From Eledone cirrhosa (lineage: Eukaryota), in the NCBI GenBank assembly GCA_964016885.1, contig OZ024746.1, positions 95,232,001 to 95,296,000 on the forward strand: a DNA stretch of 64,000 nucleotides. Direction: 5' to 3'. The notes beneath the pieces were generated by a model that saw only the letters and a list, made by a program, of their open reading frames with translations, had not been told where the DNA came from and ran no database searches. This document shows, in pieces, positions 39,065 through 51,465 of this stretch. The translations under genes were made by a program, and so were the position numbers. How positions within the stretch are numbered: the stretch's first letter is position 1; the number at the start of each line of letters is the position of its first letter.

Positions 39065-41058
39065 AGATATGAAGACGGGCAAGGCGGCCGGGCCTTCGGA
39101 AATAGTTGCTGAAATGCTGAAAGCATCTGGAATGGTGGGACACACTATGGTCACCCGGATAGTAAACCAAGTCATACAGAATGGGGCCATTCCGAAGGAC
39201 TGGCATAGCAGCATCATCATTAACTGCTACAAGGGTAAAGGTGATGCCCTAGATAGGGGAAACTATAGAGGCATTAAATTAATTGACCAGGCCATGAAGG
39301 TCACAGAAAAAGTTATAGCGCAACTAATCAGAGAACGAATTGCTCTAGATGAAATGCAGTTCGGGTTTGTGTCAGGTAAAAGTACCACAGACGCTCTTTT
39401 CATTGTACGACAACTACAGGAGAAGTATCTAGCTAAAAGTAAACCCCTATACTTAGCTTTTGTTGACTTGGAGAAAGCCTTTGACTGAGTCCCCCGCCCC
39501 ATTATCTGGTGGGCTCTTAGAAAACTAGGTGTTGATGAATGGCTTGTGAGAGCTATACAAGCCATGTATAAAGAAACAGTCAGCAAGGTTAGAATTAACA
39601 ACGAATATAGTGAAGAGTTTAGCGTAAAAGTTGGTGTTCATCAGGGCTCCGTTCTTAGCCCCCTACTATTTATTATTGCCCTTCAGGCTATAACAGAGGA
39701 GTTCAAGACCAGCTGTCCATGGGAACTCCTATACGCAGATGATCTAACGCTCATAGCTGAATCAATGGCTGAACTAGAGAAGAAATTCCAAACATGGAAG
39801 CATGGCCTAGAATCAAAAGGCCTTAAAGTTAACTTGTCTAAGACTAAAGTTCTAGTTTGTAGGAAGGAAAATAGAGAAATGGCCATGCTCAGTGTGTAGG
39901 AAAGGAGTAGGCAGAAACTCCATTTTATGTCCCAAATGCAAAGTATGGGTGCATAAAAGATGTAGTGGGATCACAGGTAAGCTAACTAAGAATATAGATT
40001 TTATATGTGGCCGGTGCTCTGGTGCAATAATTAGCAGCAAGTGCCCACGGAATACTAGCTCATTCCATTGCACAGATGGTTCTATAGAAATAGTGGACAC
40101 CTTCCGTTACCTGGGTGACAAAATCAGCAGTGGGAGAGGGTGCTCTGAAAGTACAGTAGCTAGAGTCAGAACGGGATGGAAAAGTTCAGAGAGCTTATAC
40201 CACTATTGGCCGCTAAAGGGTTCTCTTTAAAAATGAAAGGCAGGCTGTATGATGCCTGCATACGAACGTCAATGTTACATGGCAGTGAGACTTGGGCATT
40301 GTGTGCAGAGGATATACGCAGACTGGAGAGGAACGAAGCTTGCATGCTCCGCTGGATGTGTAATAGTAATATACATGAACGGCAAAGCATAAACGAACTA
40401 AAGGAGAAATTAGGAATAAGATGGATCAGATGTTGTTTACTCGAGAGAAGACTACGTTGGTACGGTCACGTGATGCGCATGAAAGACGACAGCTGTATAA
40501 AAAAGTGCAGGGCGATAAAAATAGACAGTAGCCACGGAGTAGGCAGACCCAGAAAAAACTGGGACGACCTGATAAATTCCGACCTCACACACTTACACCT
40601 CTCCAAGACAATGTCACTGGACCGAGATCTTTGGCGCTACACAGTAATACAGAAGACCCGCCTTGCCTAAGTACAAAGCGAAACCTAGTCAGTAGGCACC
40701 TCTAACAAAAATACACCCCTGTCCCACTACCACCACCCCATCCACACCCCTCCCCCTTTAATGTAAAGTTATGTTGGTACCACAACATCCAGTCCGAAAC
40801 AAATGAGGTCGTGTAGGTGTCACAACAAACAAACACAGTCCACGCTGTAATGTGGCCGTGTAGGTAACACGGTAAAAACCTCCCAGTCCACACTGTAAAC
40901 GTGGTTGGTGTTAGGAAGGTCATCCAGCCTTAGAAAACCCGCCAGACAGTCCTATGCGAGCAGGACAACCAATCTTGCCTCAAGTGGGAAAACTCCTGTC
41001 CAAACCCATGCAAGCATGGAAGATGGACGTTAAACGATGATGATGATGATGATGATGA
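39065..41058 (+). mobile_element. RTE-clade LINE, 5'-truncated; reverse transcriptase pseudogene
   Basis: GKAAGP, KGKGD...NYRGIKL, FVDLEKAFD*, GVHQGSVLSPLLF, LLYADD, FRYLG, RLRWYGHV; one stop and two frameshifts; (GAT)n tail. Confidence 0.95.
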
Positions 41059-41082
41059 TATATATATATATATATATATAAT

Positions 41083-42380
41083 CGTATTGCAGGCTATAAC
41101 AGAGGAGTTAAAAAACCGGATTCCCATGGGAACTTCTGTACCTGAATGTATGGTAGAGCTAGAGAAGAAATTCCGAACATGGAGGCAGGGCCTAGAAATG
41201 ACTAAGGCCCTAGTAAGTAGAAGAGAGAACAGAACCCAGATCCCCTCAGGGAAATGGCCTTGCTCAGTATGTAGAAAAAGTGAAGGTAGAAATTCCATCC
41301 TCTGCTCCAAATGCAAACTATGGGTACACAAGAGATGTAGTGGGATCCCAGGAAGTTTAGCTAGGCTTTACATGTAGCAGTTGCACTGGGACAATAAGCA
41401 GCAAATAACCACAGGAAACAAGCACTCTCAAATTCTGGAGGGGCTTGGTAGAAACAGTAGACAGCTTCTGCTACCTAGGTGACTGAATTAGCAGCAGAGG
41501 TGGGTGTTCTGAAAGTACAGTAGCCAGAGTAAGAACAAGATGGAAGAAGTTCAGGGAGTTACTGCCACTGCTAGCTACAAAAGGCTTTTCCCTCAACATG
41601 AAAGGCAGACTGTGTGATGCATGCATATGAACAGCAATGTTGCATGGTAAAGAGATTTGGGCGCTGTGTGCAGAAGATTTGCGTAGATTGGAAAGAAATG
41701 TAGTTTGCATGCTCCAATGGATGTGTAATAGTAATACACGTGAACGGCAAAACATAAACAAACTGAAAGAGAAACTAGGCATAGGAAGAATCAAATGCTG
41801 TGTGCAGGATAGATTACATTGTTATGAACATGTGATGCATATGAAGAATGACAGCTGTATAAAAAAGTGCAGAGCGTTCAAAGTCAATGGAAACCTTGGA
41901 GTGGGGAGACCCAGGAAGACTTGGGAGGAGGTGTTAAAAGCTAAATTTGCCCAATTGCACCTCTCTAGGGCAATGACACAGGACTGAAATCTCTAGCGTT
42001 ACGCAGTAATACAGAAGACCCGACTTCCCACGAGCACAGGCCGAAGCATATATGCAGTATGACCGCACCACTCACCCCACTCTCCCACTGTAAAGTGGTT
42101 CTGTAGGTGTCACAACAAAAAGCAGTCAGGCCACACTGTAAAGTGGTCGTGTAGGTGTCACAACAAAAAGCACCCAGTTCACACTGTAGAGTGGTTGTGT
42201 AGGTATCACAACAAAAAAAACACCCAGTACTCACTGCAAATGAGGTTGGCGTTAAGAAGAGCATCCAGCTGTAGAAACCAAGCCAAAATCAGTCCTGTAT
42301 GAGCAAGACATGGTCCCCTGACCTAGCATTGCCCACAACAATGCCAGTGTGGAGAAATGGATGTAAAAGGGTGATGATGA
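41083..42380 (+). mobile_element. Second, more decayed RTE LINE copy
   Basis: QAITEE...KWPCSVCRK...WVHKRCSGI...GRPRKTWEEV; similar UTR and tail. Confidence 0.9.
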
Positions 42381-42384
42381 TATA

Positions 42385-42478
42385 TATATATCAAAAAGTC
42401 GAGTTAAAAACTCACAATTATCCCCTACAATTCTATTATCTGATGTATTTTATTATGTGTCTTCCTCTTATTACTATG

Positions 42479-42511
<33 letters not shown>

Positions 42512-42585
42512 AGAGGAAGACACATAATAAAATACATCAGATAATAGGATTGTAGGGGATAATTGTGAGTTTTTAACTCGACTTT

Positions 42586-42594
<9 letters not shown>
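42385..42594. repeat. Inverted repeat, about 85-bp arms around a (TA)n spacer
   Basis: 42385-42470 is the reverse complement of 42510-42594. Confidence 0.9.
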
Positions 42595-42650
<56 letters not shown>

Positions 42651-42651
<1 letters not shown>

Positions 42652-42839
42652 TTAATTAGAAAGTGAACAACACAAAATATAACTACACCATTAACAAAGG
42701 TTTCTGGATCACAGACAATAATAATATGTCTGGATCGGTCGTCAGATAAAAGATCCAGACGTATATTATTATCGTCTGTGATGCAGAAACCTTTGGTAAT
42801 GGAGTAGTTATATTTTCTGTTGTTTAATTTCTAATTAAA
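42651..42839. repeat. Inverted repeat, about 85-bp arms, about 14-bp loop
   Basis: TTTAATTAGAAA...TCTGGATC pairs with GATCCAGA...TTTCTAATTAAA. Confidence 0.87.
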
Positions 42840-44465
42840 TAGCTCTGTTCTATACATAGAGCACTTTTTTCCTTTGCTTTTCCTTTGGAATTACTTAACA
42901 CATAAAATATATATTTCATTTCGTTGTTTCTATTTTTGTTTCAATTTTTGATTTTCTGTCTTAAAATTTATTGTTGTTGTTGTTTAGCCCCAGATTAAGC
43001 AGACATACAATCAAAGGTACTCCATTTGTGACCATCCTAACGTGCTCCTATCTAAGAAGGTGATTGGTGAGGGTATCTGAAAGCCTGTTGATGTTTTTTT
43101 TAATTTTATTGCAGTGCTTTTTTTTTTTTTTTTTTTTTTTTGCATAGTATTATTTTAAGGATCTGTGAAAAGGGAAAATTTGAGACGGAAAATCAAAAAC
43201 CGAAATGTAAACAACGAAACGTACTTACTTTCTGTTTCCAACGTTATTTTGCGTAAAGAAATGTGTTTATTTTGGCTGCCACAACAATGTACTGGTTGTC
43301 TGTTTGTGTACATATGCTGCCAGTGAAACGGAAAGAAGAAAAAGTGATTACCATTCCCATTACATTTAACATTTTTTCTTTATCTATTTTAACTATAATT
43401 TACACATATACTATTTGAATTTTATTACATTTAACAGTGTCCGGTTTTTATTTTTGTCTCCTATTTTAAATGCAACTTTCATTGATAGCAGTATATATAT
43501 AATACGGTAACTAATTTTGTTCAGATATTTATTTTGAATGTTTCGTTTTCAATTTTCCGTCTGGAAGTTTCACTTTCACTTTAATGGAACCCTAAAATAG
43601 GACTACGCTTATTCCCTTCTATGTGATGATGGTTGGGGGAGTTCATACAGAGCTAGCATATTTTATAATAGGCTTTCAACTAAGTTTTGCATCACAAGAT
43701 CTTAGTTGTAGGTGTGGGTTTTTCTTTACGGGGATCTCTTTGTTTTTTCAATATTGAGATATTATATAAGTTAGTTTGTGAGTAATGATGACGTCAATAT
43801 AGTTTTGTCTGACTAACTCTATTTAGGTGAGACGTATTTCTAAAATCAACTTTGCCTTTCACCCGCCTGACGTCAATAAAATAAAAGAACGATGGTGAAT
43901 AAACAGGATAGATAAAGCGACTGACTAAATACCCTGTGATCGACCTTTTTCATTCTGAGTCTGCTTTTCGAACTTCCGAAGTCGATAAAATATTGGCCAA
44001 ACAAGTACTGTCATCGATATAATAAACTATATCCATCCCCTAAAATATATAACTTTGTGTCTGTATTAATAATTACTACTATCTATATGTTTACTATGCT
44101 GGTTGCTATAATTTATATATTTATTTATATAGTGGCTCTCTGATGTTTATTACGTAAACCTCAGACAGAATTCTATACGCTATTTACGTTAATTACGGCG
44201 GCTCTCTATCTGTCTGAGTTCACGGTGATATTTGCCTTCCATACTCCGGGGTTGATAAAATAAAATACCAGTCAAGCATTGAGGTTGATATAATCGATTT
44301 GTTATCCCCAATCGACCCCCAATTCAGACCTTGAGCTAAAATTACAAAGCATTACTATTATTGTTGATGGATTGCACGGTAAATATAAGTACTGGATCTG
44401 CTTACAACCTGTCGATTTTCAACAAGGACCTTAGATGGAAAGTACTTTTCTGAGTATAATAAAGA

Positions 44466-44798
44466 CAGGGCCGGATTTAAAGGGGGGGGGGGCAAAGGGA
44501 GCAATTGTCCCAGGCCCCCTGCGGGGGGGGGGGGGGGGCACCAGTGGTGTCCATTGCAATTTATTTGTGCCCTCAGGATGGTTAGAATTTTTTAATTTAA
44601 TACCTGTATGTATAACTTTTCAAATCTAATTACTTGCGCCAACTAACTTTGATATAAAAAATTGGGGCGTTTGCTGTATATTCTATTTTTTTTTTGTGTA
44701 TGAAGGGCCCCCTCAAAACTGAAGTTCCCTGTGTGTGTGTGTGTGTGTGTCCAAAACCTGAAGTGCTCCGGGCTCCCCAAGGTATAAATCGAACCCTG
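44466..44798. mobile_element. MITE with CAGGGCCGGATTTA/TAAATCGAACCCTG termini
   Basis: Imperfect TIRs; partial homologue at 37498-37765; no clear TSD. Confidence 0.65.
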
Positions 44799-44799
44799 T

Positions 44800-44918
44800 A
44801 TATGAGTAGTGCCGAAGAGAGCAGTCTTTTGTAGAAGGGCAGTTTGTGATTCGAGATCTATTTTCTTAAGCTTTAGTGGTATCGAATCCAAAGCTCCGAT
44901 GATGAATGGAATCATATT
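44800..44918 (-). mobile_element. R4/Dong-like RLE LINE C-terminal fragment
   Basis: IPFIIGALDSIP...LLQKTALFGTTHI matches the typical RLE-LINE terminus. Confidence 0.6.
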
Positions 44919-46561
44919 GTTGTTGTGAAGTAGTATTGACTATATTCCTGTAGCAGTTTCATTATTATTGTTTTTAAAATTCCACCGAAGGTAGCTTTGC
45001 TTTTCATCCTTATGAAGTTGATAAAACAAAGTACCAGTAACGCACTAGGGTCAATTTAATCGACTTTCTCCTTCCCCCAAAATTGGTGGCTTTGTGCCTA
45101 AATCAGAAACCATTATCACTCCGGCTACATATGGCAAAGTGGCTAATTGGCAAAATTAGTAGAGTGTCGGATCAAAATGATATTGCAGTATTTGTTCTGG
45201 CTCTTTATATTCTGAGTTCAAATCCTGCCGTGGTCAATTTTGCTTTCATCTTTGCAAAGTCGATAAACTAAAGTTACCAGTCACATGCTGGGGTCGATAT
45301 ACTCAACTTTCCCTTTCCCCACAAAATCGTTGTCCTTGTGTCTAAATTAGATGTTGAACTTAATGGTGAATTGATGGTCGTTTTTGTTTCCCCCTTTTTC
45401 TCTCTCGCTTTGGTCAAATATTTAGGTACGTTATATTTGTGAGGTTCCTAGCAATAGTTAATTGTATTTATTATATATGTTTATATTTACAGTCTGAAAG
45501 AACTGAACAATTTGAAATGTTATTCAATAAATAGATGTTTTATTTTCTATTAAAAAAAATTATAATAAATGGAAAGAGTTAATGAGTCTAATCTTAGTTT
45601 GTATTAATACATGTAGATCAGTCAACATCAGTTAGGAGAGGGCTCTCTCGCTCTTGGTGGTCAGAGTTGATTGCGGATGTGGGGTCCCTCAATCAACACT
45701 GTACCATGAGGACTGAATGAATACCTTATATAATTGTATACAATGAATACCTAACTTGTATACTTGTTACACATTTTATAATTTCTATGTAAACTTCCCC
45801 CTTATTGTTGTAACTTATATCGTAAGTATATATCTTAAGTATGGTCATTTGATATCCGGTAAGGGTAATTAGACTCATACCAAGGTAGATATGATCCTCT
45901 TGTGAGTATCGAGTCTCACTTGGTATCGATGCCTCCCAGATAGGCCTCCTTCGCCCGATGCCCTTGTGGCAAATAAAAGACATCCTTATCATTATTATTA
46001 TTATTCAGGGTTGGTGGGGTGCCTGAGTCGCCCATGGGTGGTTCTTCCCCACCCTATTGGGAAATTCTGATGTTTGTATTTTCATTGTTTATTGTTATTG
46101 TATTTATTTTTTTAGTCGATTTTTTGTAAAAAAAAAAAAAAACCTCCCACTGTCCCTGTCTTTTCGTACTGTCCCTTATATGTAGGCCCTAGTGACCAAT
46201 AAAGAAACAATTATTAATATTATTGTTGTTGTTATTGTTCGTTTTCTAAATGTTTACTATTATTCAATATCTGGTTATTTAACATTACTTATTTGTTTAT
46301 AATCACCTGTCTTTATACAACGATAGCTTCCATCGGTTAAATGTTCATACAAATGTGAGGAGAAGATATTATGACCCATATATATTTTCTATTAGTTCTC
46401 TATTTCATAATTACTCAAACATTTCACGGAGAAAACACAGAATCACAACGAAAGAAAATATTAAGTCAATACTAAATGTATAAATCGGCCACACACCCAA
46501 ACATAACGATAACATTCTATATATTGTATCGTCTAAATATACGTAATTCAATGGAAAAATA

Positions 46562-46596
<35 letters not shown>

Positions 46597-48380
46597 GTCA
46601 ATATTATTAAACAAACTAACTGTAAATAGTCAGAAACTTAGAAATAAATAAATTAAGCAGGTAAAAAGAGAGGTATGAAAGATGAACTTTCATTTTCGAC
46701 ATACACACACACACAAATATCTTCAAAGTTGCCAAAAATCAGTAAAAACGCAACAACAAATTATGCAGTTTGATGGTGGAAAAAATAAATAAATGAAGCG
46801 TAACTTACTAAGAGATCGAAGGTTGATTGTTGAAAGGCAGTGAGGAGTATATCAGAAGAAAAGAATGACAGTTTTAAATTGTATATGTTATTAATGTCTC
46901 TGACGAAAAACAAGATATCGCGAACTTTCAACTAAATAACATGAAGAGACATAAGGACGTGGATTTTTTTTTATATATATGCTCAGATTTTACCGTTTTC
47001 TCTTCATTTAATTATTTTAATAGTTCCTTAGGAAGGAGGTATTTTTATTCATTCCTTCCACCTTGCAGTTCATTGAATAATTTTTTTTTTCAGTCAAGTC
47101 ATACATCAAGCGTTGTTTGAGATACTAAATATAATATCAACACAGTTATCGCCCTTGACCAGCTGACTGCTATAATTACTTTATTTTAATTAGTAGGCCA
47201 AACAGACAGACAGCCGAAGTAATTTAATGTTGTTGGAGCAAAGAAGACAGGAACAAAGCAACTAAAATAGAACCAAGCAACATTAATAATGTCTAAGTAG
47301 TTAAAATATTGATTATTACCAATACTTAAGCTGTGTACAACACAACTAAAGACTTGCTCGACATTTTGTCTATAAATGTCTAATAGTGATTCTCTATTCA
47401 TTGCTCTTTACGTGTAGAAATTATTGATATATTTCATTTATACGAAACCGTAATTTTATTGGAAGAATGGTCTAATTAATCAAATTGACCCTAACACATG
47501 ACTGGTATTTATTTTATCGACTCATGCCGATGAAGGGCGAGTTTTTTTTTTCTCGAACAATTTAGTCCTTTCCTCTACTTTCCCACATTGCCAGATCTGA
47601 CCTTTTTTACCCCTTCCCAATTTGTAATGTTATTTATACAATTGTAATTAAAATGAGTATATTACTGGTAATGACACAGTTACAACACAACTTGCAGACT
47701 TAATTACATAAATATTTCACATAAAATATTAATTCAACACTGTGTCAATCGACCACATATCACAAGGGATGCCAGAACCTTCCTTTAACACTTTTCGAGG
47801 CATACCAACGCGTTTCCAGCATTACCATGGGTTATAGCGAGGCTAATGCGCTGGAACAACCAAACATCCTGGCGGACATCACCTGACACTTCGGTAACGC
47901 GAGTCAGTATGATGAGAATTTTAACACCAGGAAATAAATAATTGTTTATACTTTTGGCACAATTACTCAGTACATTACTGGTACTTTATTTTATCGACCC
48001 CGTAAGGATGAAAGGCAAAGTTAACCTCGGCGGGATTTGAACTCAGAATGGCAAGGGCCGTAACTCTATGCGTCAAAGCATGGCGTCCGACCCTCTACCG
48101 ATACTGCCAATCCACCGCAATAATAAAGTGGCGTTCGAGACGTTTGAGGAGTTGAGCCTTTAACAGCGACATTCTTGCCTTCACTTTCGCATTGCCTAAC
48201 CGAGGTAACTGGTGATGCTCGTGAATGAGCTTGGCTTTTCCAGCGCATCACCCGAGGTAACGCTGCGAGCGTGCAAGCTTGTCTCAAAAATTATTAGAGA
48301 GGTTTCTCAATGCTCCTCGTGATGGTGCTATCTTTTGCTCTGGCGGCGGTTCGTTTGTCCACCCCCTTTCGCCTGCCTTT

Positions 48381-49689
48381 TGTTGTATGTGATCCTAGAT
48401 GTATGTATTACCAGCTTGTGTGTTGTATGTGATCCTAGATGTATGTATTACCTGCTTGTGTGTTGTATGTGATCCTAGATGTATGTATTACCTGCTTGTG
48501 TGTTGTATGTGATCCTAGATGTATGTATTACCTGCTTGTGTGTTGTATGTTGTCCTAGATGTGTGTATTACCTGCTTGTGTGTTGTATGTGATCCTAGAT
48601 CTATGTATTACCTGCTTGTGTGTTGTATGTGGTCCGAGATGTGTGTATTACCTGCTTGTGTGTTGTATGTGGTTCTAGATGTATGTATTACCTGCTTGTG
48701 TGTTGTATGTGGTCCTAGATGTATGTATTACCTGCTTGTGTGTTGTATGTGGTCCTAGATGTGTGTATTACCTGCTTGTGTGTTGTATGTGATCCTAGAT
48801 GTATGTATTACCTGCTTGTGTGTTGTATGTGGTCCTAGATGTATGTATTACCTGCTTGTGTGTTGTATGTGGTCCTAGATGTGTGTATATCCTGCTTGTG
48901 TGTTGTATGTGATCCTAGATCTATGTATTACCTGCTTGTGTGTTGTATGTGATCCTAGATGTATATATTACCTGCTTGTGTGTTGTATGTGATCCTAGAT
49001 GTATCTATTACCTGCTTGTGTGTTGTATGTGATCCTAGATGTATGTATTACCTGCTTGTGTGTTGTATGTGGTCCTAGATGTGTGTATTACCTGCTTGTG
49101 TGTTGTATGTGGTCCGAGATGTGTGTATTACCTGCTTGTGTGTTGTATGTGGTTCTAGATGTATGTATTACCTGCTTGTGTGTTGTATGTGGTCCTAGAT
49201 GTATGTATTACCTGCTTGTGTGTTGTATGTTGTCCTAGATGTATGTATTACCTGCTTGTGTGTTGTATGTGATCCTAGATGTATGTATTACCTGCTTGTG
49301 TGTTGTATGTTGTCCTAGATGTATGTATTACCTGCTTGTGTGTTGTATGTGATCCTAGATGTATGTATTACCTGCTTGTGTGTTATATGTGGTCCGAGAT
49401 GTGTGTATTACCTGCTTGTGTGTTGTATGTGGTTCTAGATGTATGTATTACCTGCTTGTGTGTTGTATGTGGTCCTAGATGTATGTATTACCTGCTTGTG
49501 TGTTGTATGTTGTCCTAGATGTATGTATTACCTGCTTGTGTGTTGTATGTGATCCTAGATGTATGTATTACCTGCTTGTGTGTTGTATGTGATACTAGAT
49601 GTTTGTATTACCTGCTTGTGTGTTGTGTGTATTACCTGCTTGTGTGTTGTATGTGATCCTAGATGTATGTATTACCTGCTTGTGTGTTG
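48381..49689. repeat. 40-bp minisatellite (GATCCTAGATGTATGTATTACCTGCTTGTGTGTTGTATGT)
   Basis: About 32 tandem units. Confidence 0.96.
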
Positions 49690-50143
49690 GTCAATACTGA
49701 AACTATCACTACTTCTACGTAACTCACCCAATATCGATCTGTCTGTCATACTGTACACCACATTCTAATGTATTCATATTCAAAGTCTCATTATAATTTT
49801 AAGCAAGGTTTTTTAAAGTAAATTGTATTAAATATATTAATAACAAGTAAGTTATTTTATTAAATTCCTTCAAATGTTGATTTCTCTTTGCATAGTTGTA
49901 TTACAAATACAATCTTAATAATAGTTTCTGATTTAGACACAAAACCAACATATTTTGTGAAAGGGAAAAGTCAATTAAATTTACCCCAGTGCATTACTGG
50001 TACTATATTTTATCGACCTCAAAAGGATGAAAGGCAAAGCTAACTCCAGTGCGAATTGAACTCAGAATAATAATGAAATAAGTAATAAGTTTAGTTAATC
50101 CTTCCAAATTCTTCCTTAATTAAATAAAATATAATGTATTTTG

Positions 50144-50304
50144 TTAGAAATATAGTTTCTTCTTCACAGCATGATCTGATGAACCCTTCTCTGTCCCACA
50201 ATCTGTCAACTCTGGTATACTCCATTCTCCATCAACATGCTGTTGCCTCAACCCCAACAACGGCCATTTTACTTTAATACTGAACATGTTTAAAGATCTG
50301 TCCA
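50144..50304 (-). CDS. Possible terminal exon of an unidentified upstream gene
   Basis: Non-repetitive open frame VDRSLNMFSIKVKWPLLGLRQQHVDGEWSIPELTDCGTEKGSSDHAVKKKLYF* after a CACTAG acceptor; AATAAA on the minus strand near 49856-49861. No family recognised. Confidence 0.4.
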
Positions 50305-50807
50305 CTAGTGAATATACTACAAACATTTTTAAATAATAAAAAAAGCAATTATTAAATATTTTCTCCTTAAATCACTACAGGATATTAAGTGTTAAGCAAG
50401 AATATACTCAGTCACTCTCTCCAACTAAATTGTAGTTTTTAATCTACCAATAGGCACATAGCCTAGTGGTAAGGGTGTCGGACTTAACGATTATAATGTC
50501 ATAGGTTCGATTCCTGGGCTGGGTTGTGTGTTGTGTTCTTGAACAAAACAATTCATTTCACATTGTTCCAGTATACTCAGCTGAAAATGAGTACCAGCAA
50601 TAGCTGGAAGTTTAACCTTGCAATGGACTGGTGTGCTGTCCAGGGGGAAGACTTGTACTCTCAATCACTTCATGACATGTAACTGAGATAAGTACCGGCC
50701 TAACGAGCCTTGAATGGCTTAAGACAAACTTGAGAATATAATTACAGGATAGTAAGTGTTAAGCAAAACTTTCTTCTCTTATTCTTCCCACCAAAATCTT
50801 AGTCTTA

Positions 50808-51465
50808 GCTCGGGTAAATATGCCATCAATTCTGGAGCCAGCTGTATTATCCAGAAGTGATGGGAAGAGACCATTTGGCCTTACCCTTTGTCCCTGGGTA
50901 AGAAGCAAGTGTTTCATCTGGGACACAACAATCAGTGACTCTTTTGCTCCCTCCCACATCATGGACGCCATGGTCAATGTGAAGGTCACTACTTCCGTTG
51001 CTGAACAGAATAAAATCAGAAAATACTGGGAACTATCAAACAATCATTTTTTCTAGTTTGAGACGTTTGGTGGAGTTGGGCCCCTGACAATGAAGTTCTT
51101 GTCATCGTTGGCAGCTCACCTTATCAAGGTGTCAGGTGATACTCGTGAGGATGCCTGGTTGTTCCAACACCTTGCCATCACCTGTGGTAATTCTGCGAAC
51201 ATGTTGGTTTGCCTCAAAATATTCCATTGACTCTTATAATGTATGGCCGATTGTCGCACTTAATGGTGAATTGATGGTCGATTTTTTTTTTGTTCCTCTC
51301 TTTCTTTTTATTTCTCTCCCTCTAGGCATATATTTTGGTGTGTTATAATTGTGAGGTTCCTAGCAATAGTTAATTGTATTTATCATCTATTTATATTTAT
51401 ATTTTCATTCTGAAAGAACTGTGAACAATTTGTAATGTTATTTTTACAACTGTGAATAAAACATG
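50808..51465 (+). mobile_element. CRE-like non-LTR retrotransposon 3' end (restriction-like endonuclease)
   Basis: EPAVLSRSDGKRP-GLTL-PW...WDTT..D..APSH...AE..KIRKY...FETFG. Its UTR recurs at 45357-45535; related relics at 47770-47925 (-), 48130-48370 (+) and about 53480-53740 (-). Confidence 0.72.

Noticed and set aside
48519-49768. Cys-rich repeated ORFs
   Set aside because: Frame-cycling translation of a 40-bp tandem repeat.
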